Assembly: GCA_044347025.1 (NCBI GenBank) | Contig: JBIIYC010000002.1 | Span: 1-38,035, forward strand | DNA length: 38,035 nt | Source of the DNA: Bdellovibrionota bacterium | Lineage (GTDB): Bacteria > Bdellovibrionota_C > UBA2361 > OMII01 | Direction: 5' to 3' | Shown here: piece after piece, positions 33,641 to 38,035 of the stretch | Layout of the letters: the number at the start of each line of letters is the position of its first letter | How positions within the stretch are numbered: position 1 is the first letter of the stretch | Position numbers and translations under genes: made by a program | The notes under the pieces: generated by a model | Databases searched by the model: none | What the model was told of the DNA's origin: nothing | What the model saw: the letters and a program-made list of their open reading frames with translations, nothing else

Positions 33641-34078
33641 TTACTTCACCCGTCTGAGATGTGATGCGCCGCTGCGTGCCGCGGCCGCCCGCGGTCGATA
33701 CTGCGGGGCTTGGTATCGTCGGCTCGATTCTTCGTGCGCGAGCACCATGTTTAGGATCTCAGGGGGAGCTGCATCGGTCCAGACAAACTCCTCTCCGCGC
33801 ACCGATGATGCTCCCCAGATGCTCGACCAGGGGATGTAGCAGGTGAAATATTCGGAGCCGAAGAGAAGCTCAGCAGTAATCTGTCGCTCGTCCGTCGCCA
33901 TGCGTCCCTTGAAAAATCGGCTAAGGCGCAATGTCACGGTACGGTTATCCATGAGGTGTGGTGGAATGACTACACCTAAATGCTGAGGTGTGAGGTGAAC
34001 CAGAACTTGCTCATCATTCAGAAGTCTCTCGATAGTCGTCTTCTGACCGCTGGTTGTCTCTCTATCTGTTGTCATCAT
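33641..34078 (-). CDS. sspB: ClpXP adaptor SspB
   Basis: IERLLNDEQVLVHLTPQHLGVVIPPHLMDNRTVTLRLS parallels E. coli FYEWLLDNQLTPHLVV...IVLNIA. The linker is disordered, and the C-terminal HLRRVK matches the ClpX-binding LRVVK motif. Confidence 0.75.
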   Translation of the reverse strand: MMTTDRETTSGQKTTIERLLNDEQVLVHLTPQHLGVVIPPHLMDNRTVTLRLSRFFKGRMATDERQITAELLFGSEYFTCYIPWSSIWGASSVRGEEFVWTDAAPPEILNMVLAHEESSRRYQAPQYRPRAAAARSGASHLRRVK

Positions 34079-34530
34079 CGTATCCGCTCCTCGGGAGAAT
34101 CGTTCGCCCCGTTGCCATGCAGCCCTGTGTGTTCAACAAACAGTTTCCACGTACTGAAGGGGTTTGCTGTACGACCCTGACCACTACACCGAAATCCATG
34201 GTCAAGCAGGCAATCGGGATATTGTGTATAGATGCAGTCTTGTGAACCGAGGCTTCGATTGGTTGCAGGCCATCTGCTTGAAGAGATTGGCGTGGGAGTC
34301 CCTCTGCTGGCGGCATAAAAAACAACGCAATTACAGTAGGTTATTGCGCTCGTTCAGAGAAGGGGAGAAGGGAACGGGGCTCAACCGGCGTTTTGTTTTG
34401 GTGGTTTGCGGCCACGCTAGTACACGCACCATAGTTTTCTGCGCTTTTCCTGGCGCGCAGGACAGTATCAATCTCCTCTGCTATAGTCTCCACGCAGCAG
34501 GTTTCTTCACCACCCTGCGAGGAATTCTCC

Positions 34531-36189
34531 ATGAGCGCCCCGTCCACAAACAATCGAACGTTTCTTCTCGTTGTAGTTCTTGCGATAGCTCTCTCCATTC
34601 CGTGGCTCGGCCGCCCATTCCATACGCGCGGAGAGCCTCGTGAAGCGCTTGTCGCTCAAGCAATGCTTGTGACCGGCAATTGGATTTCACCGCCAGCGTA
34701 TGATGGTGCTGTTCCGTCGAAGCCTCCGTTTTCGCATTGGCTGATTGCGTTGGCATCGCTACCAAGCGGCGCTGTCAGTGAGGCCACGGCACGACTACCA
34801 TCTGCGTTCGCATTTGTGATCTTCTCCGCGGCGCTATTTCGTTTTTTGGCCAGACGCACAAATGAAGCAGCAGCGTTTACGTCAGGTGTCATTCTTCTTA
34901 GCTGCTCCGAGTGGTTCCGAGCGGCGTCGACCTGTCGAGTCGACACGATCCTAGCTACGAGTATGGCGGGTTCGTTGTTAGCATTTTTTGCCTGGTGGGA
35001 GAGGGGGTATCGGGGAGTCCCGGTTGTCGCCATCGTGTTGACTGTGTGCTCAGCTCTGACGAAAGGGCCTGTTGGGATCGTTCTTCCACTCGGGATCTTC
35101 TCATTCTTCTGTTGGTTGAAAGCGGAATTTCGGTTGCGAGATCTTCCACCGATCATCATTCGGGCTGTTTGTGTGGCTCTTCCAGTCCTCGTCATCGTTT
35201 CGAGTTGGTATGTGATGGGATATCTCCAGCGTGGAGACGAGTTTCTCGCAAAGATTCGGTATGAAAACTTTGAGCGTTTTACCAGTAGTATGCAGGATGA
35301 GCCTCACAAACATTCAGCGCTGTATCTCTTCGGAATGCTTGGTTTAGGACTTTTGCCGTGGACTGTATTCGTATGTGCGGCAGCACTTCGTAATCGGTCT
35401 CGGATCGGGCTGAGTCGTTCTACCGTTGCAGCGTGGTGGCGACAACTGCCTGCACTGTATCAGTTCGCGTGGTTGGCAACAGTTTCGATCGTGCTGTTCT
35501 TTTGCATCCCCTCGAGTAAGCGGAGCGTGTACCTCCTCCCTGCCTATCCGTTTATGGCCGTACTCCTTCAGCGGCTGGTGATGCAAGGCTATGAAACACT
35601 AAGCGCACGGATGGCCCGTATTGTAGTATGGGGTGTGATACTCATCGGAGTGGTCTGGGCATCCCTGTTGATGCTGCCTGTCTCCGGAGTATCGTTTCAG
35701 TGGGGGGCTTTTCTTGAGAGTCTATCGCTTATCAAAGTTGCTTCGGTACTCGGTATCGTTGCCGTACTGGTGGGAGTGCTTCGGGAAGAGTGGGGAACGG
35801 CTATCCTCTCTAGCGTCAACCGCCTCGCTATCGCAATAATCAGTGCGGTATTCCTCATAAGTTGTTTTGTCTACGATACCGCTGCTCACCAACTCTCCGA
35901 ACGGAGTTGGTTGGATTCTCCGCAGTTTCGAGGAAGCGTCGATCTATCACAGGTTGAGCGTCTATACTCCTTTGGCTCCGAGGCGTACGGCTCGAGCTTC
36001 TATCTTGAGAAGCCGTTCTCAAGGGCTACCGCGGCGCTTCCTCCCGGAGCGATCGTTTTTGTGCAGCAACGAAATATTGATGAGCTGAATCGAGTGGTCG
36101 GTGCGCCACTCCAAGAGTTGGCGCGTCATTCTAGTGGGCTCGAGAAGCCTAGTCGGGATCTCGTTGTTGTTAGAATCCTGCCGCGATAG
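34531..36189 (+). CDS. ArnT/PMT-like GT-C glycosyltransferase (family 39/83 type)
   Basis: The signature GEPREALVAQAMLVTGNWISPPAYDGAVPSKPPFSHWL is followed by about 11 TM segments and a soluble C-terminal domain. A GAGGA Shine-Dalgarno lies 7 nt upstream. Confidence 0.75.
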   Translation: MSAPSTNNRTFLLVVVLAIALSIPWLGRPFHTRGEPREALVAQAMLVTGNWISPPAYDGAVPSKPPFSHWLIALASLPSGAVSEATARLPSAFAFVIFSAALFRFLARRTNEAAAFTSGVILLSCSEWFRAASTCRVDTILATSMAGSLLAFFAWWERGYRGVPVVAIVLTVCSALTKGPVGIVLPLGIFSFFCWLKAEFRLRDLPPIIIRAVCVALPVLVIVSSWYVMGYLQRGDEFLAKIRYENFERFTSSMQDEPHKHSALYLFGMLGLGLLPWTVFVCAAALRNRSRIGLSRSTVAAWWRQLPALYQFAWLATVSIVLFFCIPSSKRSVYLLPAYPFMAVLLQRLVMQGYETLSARMARIVVWGVILIGVVWASLLMLPVSGVSFQWGAFLESLSLIKVASVLGIVAVLVGVLREEWGTAILSSVNRLAIAIISAVFLISCFVYDTAAHQLSERSWLDSPQFRGSVDLSQVERLYSFGSEAYGSSFYLEKPFSRATAALPPGAIVFVQQRNIDELNRVVGAPLQELARHSSGLEKPSRDLVVVRILPR

Positions 36190-36398
36190 CTCGCATATGG
36201 GGCAATCGGCCCATGAGCAGTACGCATTCTATTCTGATTCCTTTGGGTGCAACTCCGCCTGATTGTCGCTGGTTCTATGCGGTACTCTACGCTCTCTAAC
36301 GAGTAGAATCATGAACGATGCGGTCGATGTAGCGAGCATCCTCTCTGTGTGAGGCGAGGGGGCTGATCGGCCCGGTGTGTCGTAGTTTCGAGGTTACT

Positions 36399-37496
36399 AT
36401 GAAGCCAGGTGAAAGTGGAGTTGCAGCGGGAGTAAACGGTGAGGTTCGTGCGGAGGTCTTGCACGATGGCCCAATTGCAGTGGTGACATTTGATGGCGAT
36501 GTGCGATGTACCTTCCTCAACGGAGCTGCTCAGCGACTCGTAGGGAGAACCAACGAGGAGTGCGTCGGTAAAGGGATGCAGGATTTCGTCTCACACGATG
36601 GCGATGAATTAGCTCGGTGCGAGGTGGTGCTTCGCGATACTTTGGCGAATCGACGCGCTCGACGTTATGAAGTTACGTACGGTGCGGGTCGGTTCTGTGT
36701 GGTCCTCTATCCAACGAGCGATTCAAATAATGACATCTCTGGGCTTGTCTGTGTTGGTCTTGATGTTAGCGATGTGACTACTCACGCGCCGGTAGGCGAT
36801 AATCGTCCCTCTCTGCGAGATCGAATTCTGCCGATCCTTGTGCACGAACTGCGCAATCCCTTATCCACGATGCGTTCTGGTTTGAAGATTATGGAGATCT
36901 CATCCTCTGAAGATCAGATTCGCAGCGTGCGCGCGATGATGGAGCGTCAGTTGGCCCACCTAACACGGCTTGTGCACGATGTGCTCGATCTCTCTCGAGT
37001 GAACGAGGGGCGATTAAGCTTGCAGAGACAACCGGTGTTGATAAGTGATGTTGTCAATCTCGCCATAGAGATGAGTGGAGATTCCCTGAAAGCGGGAGAT
37101 CATGCCCTGCGGGTTGCTCTTCCCGATACCGGGATCGAGATCCAGGGAGATTCTACGCGCTTGGCGCAAGTGGTCAGTAATTTGCTCGATAATGCCTCGA
37201 AATATACCCCTAAGGGTGGAGCCATATCCCTTACAGTGACCAGCGACGAGAACGATGTAGTGCTACAGGTTTCGGATACGGGCTTGGGCATTCCGGCCGA
37301 GCGACTTGATGAGATCTTTACCCTCTTCTCACAGATTGATGATCATCAACGATTCTCTCGGGGTGGCTTGGGAATCGGACTATATTTAGTAAAGGCGATT
37401 GTGGATGGCCACGGAGGAACGGTGCGTGCAGAGAGTGATGGGGACGGCAAAGGCGCTGTCTTTACAGTCCGATTGCCAATGGGTCGTGGTGCGTGA
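36399..37496 (+). CDS. Cytoplasmic PAS-domain sensor histidine kinase (orphan; no response regulator adjacent)
   Basis: The H-box is HELRNPLSTM, the N-box LLDNASKYTPKGG, G1 DTGLGIP and G2 GGLGIGLYLVKAIVDGHGG. The PAS-like N-terminus is GPIAVVTFDGDVRCTFLNGAAQRLVGRTNEECVGK. The ORF is open from GTG 36375, but ATG 36399 has GAGG 6 nt upstream. Confidence 0.85.
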   Translation: MKPGESGVAAGVNGEVRAEVLHDGPIAVVTFDGDVRCTFLNGAAQRLVGRTNEECVGKGMQDFVSHDGDELARCEVVLRDTLANRRARRYEVTYGAGRFCVVLYPTSDSNNDISGLVCVGLDVSDVTTHAPVGDNRPSLRDRILPILVHELRNPLSTMRSGLKIMEISSSEDQIRSVRAMMERQLAHLTRLVHDVLDLSRVNEGRLSLQRQPVLISDVVNLAIEMSGDSLKAGDHALRVALPDTGIEIQGDSTRLAQVVSNLLDNASKYTPKGGAISLTVTSDENDVVLQVSDTGLGIPAERLDEIFTLFSQIDDHQRFSRGGLGIGLYLVKAIVDGHGGTVRAESDGDGKGAVFTVRLPMGRGA

Positions 37497-37596
37497 GCGA
37501 CGCAGGAAGATTGGGTGACTGAGGCGCCGGGTTGGTCAGAGTCGGGGAAGCCTAATCCGGATTTCGTACACCAGGTGCCCAAGCGGAAACTCTGAG

Positions 37597-37626
37597 CAAA
37601 AAAATACCGCGCCGAGGCGCGGTATT
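37597..37626 (-). terminator. Rho-independent terminator of rpsN
   Basis: The minus strand reads AATACCGCGCC-TC-GGCGCGGTATT followed by TTTTTTT, a ~10-bp GC-rich stem plus a U-tract, 43 nt after the rpsN stop. It may also stop the convergent kinase transcript. Confidence 0.85.
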
Positions 37627-37668
37627 GAGTGGTGCATGAGCACCCCTTTAGACGGAACGAAGAACTGA

Positions 37669-37974
37669 TTACCAGCTCGACTTCGTTACGCCAGGGAGTA
37701 GTCCCTTGTGTGCCATTTCACGGAACACAATTCGCGAGACCATGAACTTCTTGTAGACACCACGAGGACGACCTGAGAGCTGGCAACGGTTACGGATACG
37801 CTCCTTAGCGCCGTTACGAGGAAGTGACTGCAACTTCTCGCGAGCCTTGTAACGATCCTCATCTGACAACTTCGGATCAAGAGCCTTCGCCTTGAGCTCC
37901 TGTCGGAGTGCGAACTGCTTAGCTGCCATCTTAATGCGCTTTTCGTTACGGAGAGTTGTGCTTTTCTTTGCCAT
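37669..37974 (-). CDS. rpsN: 30S ribosomal protein S14 (long, non-zinc-ribbon form)
   Basis: [29 protein letters not shown]...[51 protein letters not shown] is 101 aa with the canonical uS14 C-terminus. Only one Cys is present, so there is no CxxC pair. Confidence 0.93.
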   Translation of the reverse strand: MAKKSTTLRNEKRIKMAAKQFALRQELKAKALDPKLSDEDRYKAREKLQSLPRNGAKERIRNRCQLSGRPRGVYKKFMVSRIVFREMAHKGLLPGVTKSSW

Positions 37975-37981
37975 ACTATGT

Positions 37982-38035
37982 GTCTACTACTGACGTTTTT
38001 ACTTCTAACGTCTACTACTGCCGTCTAATACTGCG
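37982..38035 (-). promoter_or_regulatory. Direct repeats GTCTAnTACTG (three copies) in the rpsN 5' leader/promoter region, truncated by the window edge
   Basis: The copies are gtctactactgacg (37982..37995), gtctactactgccg (38010..38023) and gtctaatactgcg (38023..38035). Function is unknown. Confidence 0.25.

Noticed and set aside
34079-34530. The 450-bp gap between sspB and the ArnT-like gene, with track ORFs 34164..34643 and 34062..34325.
   Set aside because: The ORFs have implausible composition and one overlaps the ArnT-like start out of frame. Only a short 6-bp hairpin (cgcaat...attgcg) was found. This is most likely a divergent promoter region.

Overview
This 38 kb window comes from a roughly 53-55% GC Gram-negative-type bacterium, judging by kdsB, an ArnT-like GT-C transferase and an sspB ending in LRRVK. 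Coordinates ~10.5-38 kb are mostly recognisable housekeeping and envelope genes: pheA, kdsB, a histidine-phosphatase-fold protein, tRNA-Phe, a 1090-aa class A PBP, alr, a glycosyltransferase/methyltransferase cluster, rsmE, a DsbA/HCCA-isomerase-like protein, metF, an orphan nuoI, a DUF1329-like secreted protein, a hexose-6-P mutarotase, sspB, an ArnT-like transferase, an orphan PAS histidine kinase and a stand-alone rpsN. The left ~10 kb looks accessory. On the minus strand, a Snf7/PspA-like coiled-coil protein is followed by an AAA+ ATPase with a short MIT/TPR-like helical head, then a paralogous AAA+ with destroyed Walker A and B motifs. A second Snf7-like coiled-coil gene is transcribed divergently. 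I propose this as a candidate bacterial ESCRT-III-like filament plus remodelling-ATPase module; this rests on sequence pattern only and needs profile and structure searches. Next to it lie a GxxExxY (PD-(D/E)XK) gene, a 3-copy ~115-bp-period repeat, and a two-gene operon of orphan helical/TPR and disordered proteins with NLS-like basic clusters. The second striking feature is that the intact tRNA-Phe(GAA) is followed by six tandem 5'-truncated tRNA-like copies that share a rewritten anticodon arm. No cas genes, integrases, transposases or rRNA were seen. All family assignments come from motif recognition by eye, with no database search.
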